Of a DNA stretch of 64,000 bases, positions 54,313 through 63,406 are shown one piece after another (positions within the stretch are counted from its first letter, which is position 1; each line of letters starts with the position of its first letter). Both the position numbers and the translations under genes were made by a program. Source of the stretch: Minisyncoccota bacterium (GTDB lineage: Bacteria; Patescibacteriota; Minisyncoccia; Phycocordibacterales; UBA6899); NCBI GenBank assembly GCA_035583355.1, contig DATEZQ010000003.1, forward strand, positions 65,844 to 129,843, read 5' to 3'. The notes below the pieces were generated by a model, which was not told where the DNA came from, did no database searches, and saw only the letters and a list, made by a program, of their open reading frames with translations.

Positions 54313-55068
54313 TTAGAATGCAGCTATATGTATGATTGCGTAGAGTGTTGCTGCGCCAAGTACAGTCATGATAGTGGTCAGCATCTTTGGGTGGTTGTGA
54401 TGTGATTCTGGAATCAGATCCGATGCACCGATATAGAGGAAGAATCCCGAGAAAAGTGCGAGTAAAAGCCCAAGCGCACTTTCGGGGACCGTAACGAAGT
54501 AGGCAATGAAAATTCCAAGTGATGGAGTCAATGCATCTACGGCAAGCCAGCGTAGCGCTTTCTTGCGCGTACCACCATTTTTGATCACCATGGAGACAGT
54601 GTTGATACCATCAGAGAAATCATGTGCAAGAACGGCGAGTGCGACTACTGCACCGACCGCAGGTGAGACTTTGAGCGCAAGTCCGATGCCGAGTCCGTCG
54701 AGCATGCTGTGCACCGATAGGCTGCCTGCCCCGAAGTGACCCCGTCCATGACTGTGGGTATGACCCTCTTCTGCTTCGTGTGAATGTAGGCTGATTGTTC
54801 GATCGATGATGAGGTACGTCAGAAATCCGATTGCAATGTAGAGCGCAATGTGCTCTGTGGTATACGCAGCACCTGCGAGGTCAAATGATTCAGGAATAAG
54901 ATCAAAGAATGCAACACCGATAACTGCTCCAGCTGCGAAGCCTAAGATGAGGTGGAGGCGATCGCGCATATGGAGCGCGAAGAGTCCTCCTATTGTGGTG
55001 GCTATTGCTGTAGCGATAGCAAGGTAAATTGGAAGCATAATTTTAAGAGTAGCAGAAACACCTATTCT
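54313..55068 (-). CDS. ZIP-family metal (zinc/iron) transporter. The ORF track extends to 55203 and overlaps comM; the start is taken at the internal MLPIYLAI
   Basis: His-rich loop HSHEAEEGHTHSHGRGH and the conserved LAHDFSDGINT and SLGIFIA TM motifs of ZupT/ZIP. Confidence 0.75.
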   Translation of the reverse strand, partial: RIGVSATLKIMLPIYLAIATAIATTIGGLFALHMRDRLHLILGFAAGAVIGVAFFDLIPESFDLAGAAYTTEHIALYIAIGFLTYLIIDRTISLHSHEAEEGHTHSHGRGHFGAGSLSVHSMLDGLGIGLALKVSPAVGAVVALAVLAHDFSDGINTVSMVIKNGGTRKKALRWLAVDALTPSLGIFIAYFVTVPESALGLLLALFSGFFLYIGASDLIPESHHNHPKMLTTIMTVLGAATLYAIIHIAAF

Positions 55069-55081
55069 CTGCAATAAAGTG

Positions 55082-56617
55082 TTAAAGTTGCTCAAATTTT
55101 GGCCTGTAAGAGAGTGCCTCAAGAATATGTTTTTCCTCAATGTTTTCTGTACATTCAAGATCGGCGATTGTACGTGCAAGGCGAATAGTACGATGAAGTG
55201 CACGCCCTGAAAGATTAAGCCTCAGCGCAGATTGAGCAAGTAGCGCACGGCAGCTCGAGGAGAGCGGTGCGTAATCTGTGAGATCAGCCCCACGGAGGTG
55301 CGCATTTCTGCAGCCTTCTCCTTGGCGTCGTTCTGCATGTTGGTGTGCCCGTTTTACTTTATCGCGAAGTTCTGCAAGGATTCCTTTGTCCACAGTGGTT
55401 TCATTGAGCAATTCTTCGTGATTAACTCGCGGAACTTCGATCCACATGTCTATGCGATCGACGATTGGACCAGAGAGTTTGCGCCGGTATCGCGCAAGGT
55501 GACTTGGTTGGCAAGTACAGAGCCGCTTTGTGTCCCCAGCAAATCCACACGGGCATGGATTCATCGCAGCAACAAGTATGAAGCGCGTTGGGTATTGTGC
55601 GACCCCTTTTGCACGTGCGATACGTACATATCCTTCTTCGAGTGGTTCGCGTAAGGCTTCAATGATTGCATTATTAAATTCAGGAAATTCATCAAGAAAA
55701 AGTACACCATTATGCGCAAGCGTGATTTCCCCTGGTCGCAACTGAGGGCCACCTCCGATAATGGCAACTGCTGATGCAGTATGGTGCGGCGAGCGAAATG
55801 GCGGAAATGCAATATATGAATTGCGAAGCGTGCCCGCAAGCGAATGGATCATTGTTGTCTCAAGAGCTTTTTCTTTGGAGAGTTGCGGAAGAAGTTCAAT
55901 GACTGCGCGCGCGAGTAGTGTTTTTCCTGTCCCTGGTGGGCCATAGAGTGCTATGTTATGGCCGCCCGCTGCTGCGATGAGTAATCCACGCTTTGCAGTT
56001 TCTTGTCCCTTAATATCAATATAACTTTCACCAAGAGGGCGCTCTTCTTCGAGTGTGGTCGGTGTCGTGGCAATAAGTTCTCTCCTGGCGGGATTGTCTT
56101 TCATGGCAAGGTGGCGGGCAATCTCATCTAGTGTGTGTGCTCCGTAGACAGTAACGTCTTGGACAAGTGCTGCCTCCCCCTCATTTTCTTTAGGAACGAA
56201 TAGCTCGGTAATTCCTAGGCGTGCTGCGGAGTGCGCAGCAGCGAGTGCACCACGAATTGGCCTGATAGTGCCATCAAGGCCAAGTTCACCAATAAATGCC
56301 ATATTGTTTGTGTCGCCACGAATAGTTTTTGTACTTTTGAGTACTCCAATAGCAATAGGCAGATCGAATGCTGGTCCATGTTTTGGTAATTCTGCGGGCG
56401 CGAGTGAAATCGTCATATTTCCAATCACGCCTAGGGTGTTGAAATGGCGTGTATTGCGGAGTGCCGAGAGCACACGCTCTTTTGACTCAGCAACGGCTTT
56501 GTCCCCCAGCCCGACGATATTAAAGTGAAATTCTTTTCCGTGATTATCAACGTCTACTTGTACGAGGTGCGCTCCACCCGCATCTACTTGAAATGAAGAA
56601 GTGCGTGAAAAACTCAT
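55082..56617 (-). CDS. comM: Mg-chelatase-like AAA+ protein YifB/ComM (competence-related). The start is taken at the internal MSFSRTSS (the ORF track extends to 56725)
   Basis: N-terminal Lon-protease-like domain, Walker A LYGPPGTGKTLLARAV, and C-terminal Mg-chelatase ChlI-like region. Confidence 0.85.
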   Translation of the reverse strand: MSFSRTSSFQVDAGGAHLVQVDVDNHGKEFHFNIVGLGDKAVAESKERVLSALRNTRHFNTLGVIGNMTISLAPAELPKHGPAFDLPIAIGVLKSTKTIRGDTNNMAFIGELGLDGTIRPIRGALAAAHSAARLGITELFVPKENEGEAALVQDVTVYGAHTLDEIARHLAMKDNPARRELIATTPTTLEEERPLGESYIDIKGQETAKRGLLIAAAGGHNIALYGPPGTGKTLLARAVIELLPQLSKEKALETTMIHSLAGTLRNSYIAFPPFRSPHHTASAVAIIGGGPQLRPGEITLAHNGVLFLDEFPEFNNAIIEALREPLEEGYVRIARAKGVAQYPTRFILVAAMNPCPCGFAGDTKRLCTCQPSHLARYRRKLSGPIVDRIDMWIEVPRVNHEELLNETTVDKGILAELRDKVKRAHQHAERRQGEGCRNAHLRGADLTDYAPLSSSCRALLAQSALRLNLSGRALHRTIRLARTIADLECTENIEEKHILEALSYRPKFEQL

Positions 56618-57000
56618 AGAAGAGAGGATGATTCGTTGACTGATTGCGTGTGTAATATACACGTGCGCGCAGCAGGGTTCGCTTCGAGTCGCGCGAGTGG
56701 AATTTCTTCCCCACAAAATACACAACTCCCATAGGTCCCCTCACTGAGGGAGAGTAGTGCGGCATGAATCTCCTGGTAGCGTTTTTCAAGTTCCGCCTCA
56801 AGCATTACTCGTGACGAGAAGTTCTCGATCTGGGAGGCGCGGTCAGCCTCATCACCTTGCTCGATGTGCTCTTCATCGGTACTTGCGTCGAAGTCGTATT
56901 GGTCATCAGGGTGGACATGTCCAAGGCTGAGCAGTGTATTGCGCAGGCGCATGCGTTCGTCGAGTAGTAGTCTCTTTTGCTTACTATAGTCTCTAATCAT
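56614..57000 (-). CDS. DksA/TraR-family-like small protein (incomplete C4 zinc finger)
   Basis: Coiled-coil N-terminus then CVFCGEEIPLARLEANPAARTCILH. Only 3 Cys align to the usual CxxC...CxxC. Confidence 0.5.
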   Translation of the reverse strand: MIRDYSKQKRLLLDERMRLRNTLLSLGHVHPDDQYDFDASTDEEHIEQGDEADRASQIENFSSRVMLEAELEKRYQEIHAALLSLSEGTYGSCVFCGEEIPLARLEANPAARTCILHTQSVNESSSLL

Positions 57001-57073
57001 ACTAGTATACTAACGTATACTTACAATCGAGCAATGCAGTATGTGGGGACAAGATGTGCATAAAAAATGACCG

Positions 57074-57817
57074 TTATGAGCGGTCATTTTCGAGAGCAGC
57101 ACCAAAGCTTTCTTTGTCACTTGCAACGATGAGCAGGTCACCTTTCATTCCCCAAATTAGAATCGGTTCATTGCTACTTGTGGTAATAGCACGTGCGTCC
57201 ACTCCTTCGATTTTTCTGGAGACAAAACGAATTTTCGAGAGCATACGCACTTCGCTAATGCTCATTGTGGGGTGCGCAAGATTCATCATTGTTGTGACCA
57301 GTAGCGACTCATGCTGGAGCATTGCGGCATAGGTAGCGTCACTACTCGGCGTGGAAATCACGATTGTTCCATGGACAGATGCGTCACGCATCACGAAGTA
57401 TCGCTGTTCTTTGAGTAGGTGTCCAAGGCTTGGGGGAAGTTCTGATCCCAAAAAATGTGTAAACAATGTTTCTCCAGAAATTTCTGTATGGTTTCTTTCG
57501 AATATGATTTCTCTCGTTACTCGTTCACCAAAGTCCGAAGAAAGAATGATATTTTTGAGTGAAGGAAGATCGTTTGCTGGAGAGGTGAGCTCATGATGAA
57601 CGGCGCCTTTTTGTGGTATCAGTCGAGGGAGAGGAATTGCGCGGAGTGCACTTTCGCCGACGCTTGCAACCTTTGTGCCAAGTTTTCCAGCGTATGTTCC
57701 GTAGTTGATACGGAGCACCGGGGCTCCGATAAGCGCGTAGAGTCCTACGCCAAAAGTCGTTGCGAAAATGAGCAACGCAATTCTGAAGATTTTCGACATG
57801 GCATCGTGCTCGTGCAT
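57074..57817 (-). CDS. Hypothetical N-terminally membrane-anchored protein (247 aa)
   Basis: Single N-terminal TM IALLIFATTFGVGLYALIGA. No family recognised. Confidence 0.45.
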   Translation of the reverse strand: MHEHDAMSKIFRIALLIFATTFGVGLYALIGAPVLRINYGTYAGKLGTKVASVGESALRAIPLPRLIPQKGAVHHELTSPANDLPSLKNIILSSDFGERVTREIIFERNHTEISGETLFTHFLGSELPPSLGHLLKEQRYFVMRDASVHGTIVISTPSSDATYAAMLQHESLLVTTMMNLAHPTMSISEVRMLSKIRFVSRKIEGVDARAITTSSNEPILIWGMKGDLLIVASDKESFGAALENDRS

Positions 57818-57902
57818 GATCTCGTTACTGTCATTATGAGGGATAGCATATATTGCGTCAATGCTTCTTTGTTACTTGAGAAATTCCTAAATATACGATA
57901 AA

Positions 57903-58415
57903 ATGGCGCCAGTTCAGTTCTTTTTGGAGCACCGCATGCGCGAAGCGCTGTTTTTTCTTTCACTCACGATGCTTGTGACTCTTTATGGTGTACTCGGATA
58001 TCGATGGGGAGTGCTCGTTGCACTTACACTTCTTGTGTCCTCATTCTGGATATTGATCATACAAAGCAGGAGAACATTTTTCAATTTCGGTACAATGCTA
58101 CTGGTCTGCCTTATTCTGTATAAGGGAGTTTCGGGCGCAGCGCTTTCAAGGCACATGCTCGTCTCTGTGACGATAGCGACGATAACACTTGTGCTTGCCT
58201 ATAGTGGTACGAGTAGCGATGTGGATATCGCACCTACGTTTGCAGTATTTGTTGCAATCATGCTCTTTCTGCATACGTTTCTGCATCTTGCAATTCCTCT
58301 TAAGTTTTGCTTTGGAGCAATTATATTTCTTACGATCGCATCAGTGGTCGACGATTGGAACGCGAGGCGTCGTCTGCCTGAACTGGAAGATGAGGTGCCA
58401 TGCAGGTCAGAATAA
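57903..58415 (+). CDS. Hypothetical integral membrane protein (170 aa, about 5 TM)
   Basis: Hydrophobic throughout. Followed by the terminator at 58421..58442 (acggatc-att-gatccgt plus T-run). Confidence 0.5.
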   Translation: MAPVQFFLEHRMREALFFLSLTMLVTLYGVLGYRWGVLVALTLLVSSFWILIIQSRRTFFNFGTMLLVCLILYKGVSGAALSRHMLVSVTIATITLVLAYSGTSSDVDIAPTFAVFVAIMLFLHTFLHLAIPLKFCFGAIIFLTIASVVDDWNARRRLPELEDEVPCRSE

Positions 58416-58448
58416 ATATTACGGATCATTGATCCGTTTTTTATTATG

Positions 58449-58474
58449 AAAAACACGCTCGCGCGTGTTTTTTG
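58449..58474 (-). terminator. Rho-independent terminator for pnp (acacgc-tcgc-gcgtgt with A and T runs), adjacent to a second plus-strand terminator at 58421..58442
   Basis: Two back-to-back hairpins between convergent genes. Confidence 0.6.
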
Positions 58475-58476
58475 AG

Positions 58477-60639
58477 TTATTCAGCCTCTGGGGTATCAGC
58501 TGTCTGAGGCTTTTCAATGACTGCATCTTTTGGCTTGCGATCATCATAGCGGTGTTCGTCGGCTCGCTTGATAGAGAGTGCGAGTCGTCCGCGTTCATCG
58601 GTTTCGCCGACATAGATTGGTACGATCTCGCCGACCATGAGGAGGTCACTTGGCTTTGCGACCTTCCATGGTGCAATCTCTGAAACATGTACCATTCCCT
58701 CTGCTCCGCGTCCGAGCTTCACAAATGCACCGAAGTCAGTGAGCTTCACAACTTCACCCTGCGCACGCATGCCACGTACCCATTCCTTGGTGAGGTCAGC
58801 GATCCACTCGTATGCTTTCTCGGCGCTCCCGTTCTTTCCGGTCACATACACTGTGCCGTCGTCTTCGATGTCAATCTCTGCTCCGGTTATATCGCGGATT
58901 TCCTTTACGGTCTTTCCGCCCGAGCCAATGACACCTCCGATCTGCTCTGGTTTAATCTTGAGGACCATGATCTTTGGAGCACGTGGAGAAATATTTTTTC
59001 TTGGCGCTGCGATCGCTTCCTCCATTGTTTTCAAGATGGTGAGACGTGCAGCCTTTGCCTTTATGAATGCCTCGCGGAGGATCGGTAGCGGAATTCCATC
59101 GACCTTCACGTCCATTTGAATTGCAGTCACTCCATCGCGGGTTCCTGCGACCTTGAAGTCCATATCGCCGTGGTGGTCTTCTGGTCCTTGGATGTCGGTA
59201 AGCACTTTGTACTTATCTTTGTTGTCCATCATGAGTCCTGAGGCAATACCTGCAACAGGCTTGGTGATTGGTACACCTGCGTCCATGAGCGCAAGGGTTG
59301 ATCCACAGGTCGATGCCATCGAAGTCGAGCCGTTTGAGGCAAGTGCTTCAGAGACGATGCGAATCGTATATGGAAATGCGTCTTGCGAAGGGAGGACTGG
59401 GAGCAATGCCTTTTCTGCAAGTGCACCGTGTCCGATCATACGACGATTCGTACTTCCTACGCGTCCTACTTCTCCTGAAGAGTATGGTGGGAAGTTGTAG
59501 TGATGCATATAGCGCTTCTTGCCGACGATCTCAATGCCTTCAATGAGCTGTGCGGCATCAGGTCCGCCAAGTGTAAGTACAGAAAGGACGTGTGTACCTC
59601 CGCGGTAGAATACTCCCGTACCATGATGTACTGCAGAGATCCCTCCTGCTTGTGCAAAGAGTGGACGCACCGTGTCGAAGTCTCGCCCGTCGGGACGCAA
59701 GTTTTGATCAATCGCTTTGCGATGGAGTAACTGATTTACTTCTTCGTCGAAGTAGTATGCAGCAAGTGCTACATCCATCCCTTCTTGTGTTTTAACGAGC
59801 GTGAGCCATTCTTCCATGAGCTCGTACTCGAACTTACGTCCCGCAACATTCGCGAAAATGGTTTGTTCAAACTTTGGAAGAATATGTGCTGCGAAGAGTG
59901 CCTTGATCTCTGGCGTGACTTCTGCGAGTGTGATGACACGCTTCTGCTTACCAATCTCTGCAATGATCTTCTTTTGGAAATCTTCAAGCTTTGTTATCTC
60001 TTTGGTTGCGAGTTCAAGTGCCTCCATGATGAGATCTTCCCCAAGCTCCTTCCCTTCCATTTCGATCATGTTGATTGCGCCATCTTTTCCGCAGAGCGTG
60101 AGAATTGCATCGTAAGCAATCTCCTTTTCATCCGCGGTCTTTGATGCAGGCATCACAATCCATTGGTTGTCGTTACGTGCAATACGCACTGCACCAACAG
60201 GTCCTGCCCATGGGATCTCAGACACACAGAGTGCGAGCGAGGTTGCGTTGACTGCGAGGATGTCTGTCTCGAATTGATCGAGTGCAAGGACGGTCGCGAC
60301 GACCTGTACTTCGTAGCGCATGCGCTGATCGAAGAGTGGACGAATAGTACGGTCGATGATGCGACCTGAAAGGATTGCGCTGTCTGCTGGTCGGCCTTCG
60401 CGACGAGTGTACTGACTACCCAGGATCTTCCCTGCTGCGTAGAAGCGCTCTTCGTAATCAACGGTGAGCGGAAAGAAATCTCCCCCTTCTTTTGGCTTCT
60501 TACCCATGACGCAGGTTGCGAGGACTGCGGAATCGCCGTAACGAATGATCACGGAGCCTTGAGCTTGCTCTGCAAGATCAGTAAACTCGGCAACAAGTGG
60601 CCTCCCACCAATATCAATAGAATAGGTGTGTTTTTGCAT
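58477..60639 (-). CDS. pnp: Polyribonucleotide nucleotidyltransferase (PNPase). The start is taken at the internal MQKHTYSIDIGG (the ORF track extends to 60723)
   Basis: Two RNase PH domains, KH domain (ISPRAPKIMVLKIKPEQIGGVIGSGGKTVKEI) and S1 domain (GEVVKLTDFGAFVKL). Confidence 0.9.
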   Translation of the reverse strand: MQKHTYSIDIGGRPLVAEFTDLAEQAQGSVIIRYGDSAVLATCVMGKKPKEGGDFFPLTVDYEERFYAAGKILGSQYTRREGRPADSAILSGRIIDRTIRPLFDQRMRYEVQVVATVLALDQFETDILAVNATSLALCVSEIPWAGPVGAVRIARNDNQWIVMPASKTADEKEIAYDAILTLCGKDGAINMIEMEGKELGEDLIMEALELATKEITKLEDFQKKIIAEIGKQKRVITLAEVTPEIKALFAAHILPKFEQTIFANVAGRKFEYELMEEWLTLVKTQEGMDVALAAYYFDEEVNQLLHRKAIDQNLRPDGRDFDTVRPLFAQAGGISAVHHGTGVFYRGGTHVLSVLTLGGPDAAQLIEGIEIVGKKRYMHHYNFPPYSSGEVGRVGSTNRRMIGHGALAEKALLPVLPSQDAFPYTIRIVSEALASNGSTSMASTCGSTLALMDAGVPITKPVAGIASGLMMDNKDKYKVLTDIQGPEDHHGDMDFKVAGTRDGVTAIQMDVKVDGIPLPILREAFIKAKAARLTILKTMEEAIAAPRKNISPRAPKIMVLKIKPEQIGGVIGSGGKTVKEIRDITGAEIDIEDDGTVYVTGKNGSAEKAYEWIADLTKEWVRGMRAQGEVVKLTDFGAFVKLGRGAEGMVHVSEIAPWKVAKPSDLLMVGEIVPIYVGETDERGRLALSIKRADEHRYDDRKPKDAVIEKPQTADTPEAE

Positions 60640-60784
60640 AACGTTGTTTCCACGCCATATTGCGCAACGAATTTTTTCGGTGCGATAATGACGCAGAAGT
60701 TTCTTAATTGTTAATAGTGTCATTATAGCACCACAGAAAAAAAGCGGGATGCTTGCGCATTCCGCTCTTGTGGTTCGGTGTAAT

Positions 60785-61248
60785 TCATCTCATTTTCGGA
60801 AATGGAATCCTGCCCAAAGAATGTGCCCAAAGGCGAATTAATTCCGCGTGGAGATTGTCGATCTCACCATGGAGCTTCGTGGCCTCATCGAGGCTCCCCG
60901 TGCGTGCTTCGAGCGCCTCGACACCGTCGCGAATTTGCTGGAGTTTTACCCCGTCCTCTCCTTCGGATGGCATTTCGTGTAGTGAGCCGGGAGGCATGCG
61001 TTTTGGTTCGTATTTTCCAGGATCTTCGCGACTTCAGCGATTTGGTTGCGCATCCCTTTCAAATGTAGCCTGTTGTAGTAACGAGTCGTAACTCTGCCGA
61101 TCAGGGTGATAAGCGCAATGATCACAAAGAAGATAAGTATGTTCACGGAAAGGAATATGAGCGAAGGAATGCGTGCGTTCAGTGAAAGGATGTGAAATGC
61201 AACGACGAATATACCGGTGAGGAAAAGTCTCTTTGTGACGGTTTGCAT
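60785..61248 (-). CDS. Possible frameshifted gene: small 2-TM membrane protein (60946..61248) fused in a different frame to a coiled-coil tail (60785..60997)
   Basis: Two minus-strand ORFs overlap by 52 nt in different frames. Each alone is short. No homology anchor. Confidence 0.3.
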
Positions 61249-61349
61249 GGCAAACTCCTGTAGAAAAGTGCGACTTTCTCAACTCTAGCATTGGTGACAT
61301 CTGCGTCAAGAAGTATGAAAAACTCGCCACGAATGTGGCGAGTGAAATG

Positions 61350-62687
61350 CTATTGCTCGAAAGGCCTACAGACCTTTGACTTTGCGACCCAAAAGCCAAG
61401 TTTAAACTTAATGGGTGTCGAAGCTTTCTTGATGACTTGTTGTATATCGACCTTCTCGGGTACGGGGAGGTTGGTCATTGAGATCGCACTCAGCTTTGCA
61501 ACGAGTCTTTCGTCAGCGTGCTTCGGGCGTTCCCTCCACCACTCGCGCACCTCATCGCGTCGGCTCGCACAGAAGTTGCTCATCCCAGACTTGATCGCAT
61601 TTGCGAATTTCGATTCAATGAATCGAGTGATTCCAAAGACAATCAGGAATATGACGAGAACAATAACAGTCCCGATGGCTGCCCGCAGCATTTCCCCGGG
61701 GTAGCGTCTAAAGAGATGGAACATATGAAATGGTAGCCAGATGAGGAATAGGGCTATGCATGGAGTAAGGCAGATGGGGATATGCTTCGCCTTCTCCCAT
61801 TTGCCCGTTTTCTTGTTTACGCCCGCATCTTTATAGCGACGCCAATATTTGCATGCAACCATTTTCCAGCTGAACGCACTGAGGTTCATCCACGCATTCT
61901 TGATCTTCGTAATCGGGTTCTTTGGGAGAAAACCGATAAATGCGACAAGAAGCCAGAACAGAAGTGTGTAGAGCGTCAGAAAGATGCCCGTGATGGTTCT
62001 GCCGATGAGGAAAGAGATCAGAGTCGGAATGAACGCGAACCACTTGCGTTTCCGATAAGCACACTCATCAGCTGGTCCGCGTTCGAAATATCGGTTGCTC
62101 CAGTTCCAGACGAATTTCCCAAACGGTGTTTTCGGTTTTGCCTCAAGTAGACCCTCGGGGAGCTCTACGTTGATCGCGACTGCATATGCACTCAAATTTG
62201 GCTTGTTGGTCTTCGACCATCCACGCTCGATGAAAGAGGAGTTGATGGGGGCTTCATAGCCACCACCAAGGCCATTGTTCATTGGCGCGATATAGCTCTC
62301 CGCGCTTTGCTGGGCGAGCTTTTTGTCGCCACAAAGCACAATGAAGACAAGGTGGTGATTGCCAGCTCGAAAGAGTTGCAGGTACTTCGCGAACTCAGAC
62401 ACCCTGACAATGTAGCGTCTCCCAAAGTGGTAGCGCTCTTTCTCTTCGAATGCTTCTTGACTGATATCATGATCACAGATCACGATATACTGGGGACGTT
62501 TCGCGATCAGTGCATCAGAGAGACGCCACTCGATCGGTATGGTCGCCGACTCAAGGGTGTCCTTTCCACCGTTGACGATGATGCTGATGCCGTCTTTCCA
62601 CTTACCATCTGATCCGGGCTTTTCTCCATGGATCCATTCTTCGCTCATGTAGCCTCCGTAGGGTATGTGAGGAGCTTCTGGTAGCAT
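61350..62687 (-). CDS. Hypothetical protein: N-terminal soluble domain (about 230 aa), central polytopic TM region, basic C-terminal tail
   Basis: Sequence YIVICDHDISQEAFEE...LVFIVLCGDKK, then 5 to 6 TM helices. No family recognised. Confidence 0.5.
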   Translation of the reverse strand: MLPEAPHIPYGGYMSEEWIHGEKPGSDGKWKDGISIIVNGGKDTLESATIPIEWRLSDALIAKRPQYIVICDHDISQEAFEEKERYHFGRRYIVRVSEFAKYLQLFRAGNHHLVFIVLCGDKKLAQQSAESYIAPMNNGLGGGYEAPINSSFIERGWSKTNKPNLSAYAVAINVELPEGLLEAKPKTPFGKFVWNWSNRYFERGPADECAYRKRKWFAFIPTLISFLIGRTITGIFLTLYTLLFWLLVAFIGFLPKNPITKIKNAWMNLSAFSWKMVACKYWRRYKDAGVNKKTGKWEKAKHIPICLTPCIALFLIWLPFHMFHLFRRYPGEMLRAAIGTVIVLVIFLIVFGITRFIESKFANAIKSGMSNFCASRRDEVREWWRERPKHADERLVAKLSAISMTNLPVPEKVDIQQVIKKASTPIKFKLGFWVAKSKVCRPFEQ

Positions 62688-62713
62688 ATTGCATTATGTA
62701 TACTGGTTTGTCA

Positions 62714-62757
62714 AAGAAAGAAAAACCGCCCCCCAATATGCTTTTTGTGGGGGCGGT
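62714..62757 (-). terminator. Rho-independent terminator (accgccccc ... gggggcggt, 9-bp GC stem) downstream of the WG-repeat gene
   Basis: Read directly. U-rich on the minus strand after the stem. Confidence 0.5.
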
Positions 62758-62761
62758 GTGG

Positions 62762-63313
62762 TCACTTCTCTCTACGACCAGTTTGATCGATGAGAAATTC
62801 TTCTCCATTTTTTACGACGCACGCATAGCCATCGTAGAATGGAGTTGCATAGTCGAAACGTTCCTTCGTAAGTAGTCTTCCGTCGGGGTAGATATATACG
62901 AAATGTCTCCCGATGCGCGCAACTGCAAATCCTTCTGCAAAGGTACGTGTCTCATCGAATCGCTGCTTGTACGCAGGAAGTCCATTGGGATGGATATGGA
63001 ACCATCCTGAGTCGTCACACGCGAGCGCGTAGCCTTCGCAGAATGGGCCCACGAGTGAATAGTGTTCATTGTATGCAGGTCGCCCATCTCTCCTAATGTG
63101 GAATTCATGAGCACCAATGCGTGCAAGAGCTAAACTTCCATAAAAATGTCCAACAAGGGTGTAGCCCCTCCCCACTCCATAAAGTGGAGCCCCGTCAGTC
63201 CTGATGTGAAAACATTTTCCAGAATGGTCACGCGCGCACGCGATCTTGTCTATGAAATTGCTCACCCAGGCGTACATCCTGAGCAACTCTCTGCGACTGA
63301 GTTCTTTGCTCAT
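62762..63313 (-). CDS. WG-repeat-containing protein (183 aa)
   Basis: At least four repeats of the F.EG.A.V...G....I..DGR..Y type (FYGSLALARIGAHEFHIRRDGRPAY, FCEGYALACDDSGWFHIHPNGLPAY, FAEGFAVARIGRHFVYIYPDGRLL, FYDGYACVVKNGEEFLIDQTGR). Confidence 0.6.
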   Translation of the reverse strand: MSKELSRRELLRMYAWVSNFIDKIACARDHSGKCFHIRTDGAPLYGVGRGYTLVGHFYGSLALARIGAHEFHIRRDGRPAYNEHYSLVGPFCEGYALACDDSGWFHIHPNGLPAYKQRFDETRTFAEGFAVARIGRHFVYIYPDGRLLTKERFDYATPFYDGYACVVKNGEEFLIDQTGRREK

Positions 63314-63372
63314 GACGTGTCCTCCTTCTCATCTCATTCAACACTGCCATTTTTCATAATATCCGTCAATAA

Positions 63373-63406
63373 AAAGAATGACACGAATACATCGTGTCAT
63401 TCTTTT
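63373..63406 (-). terminator. Rho-independent terminator (aaagaatgacacga-atacat-tcgtgtcattcttt, perfect 14-bp stem) overlapping the NYN gene stop
   Basis: Read directly. Confidence 0.6.
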
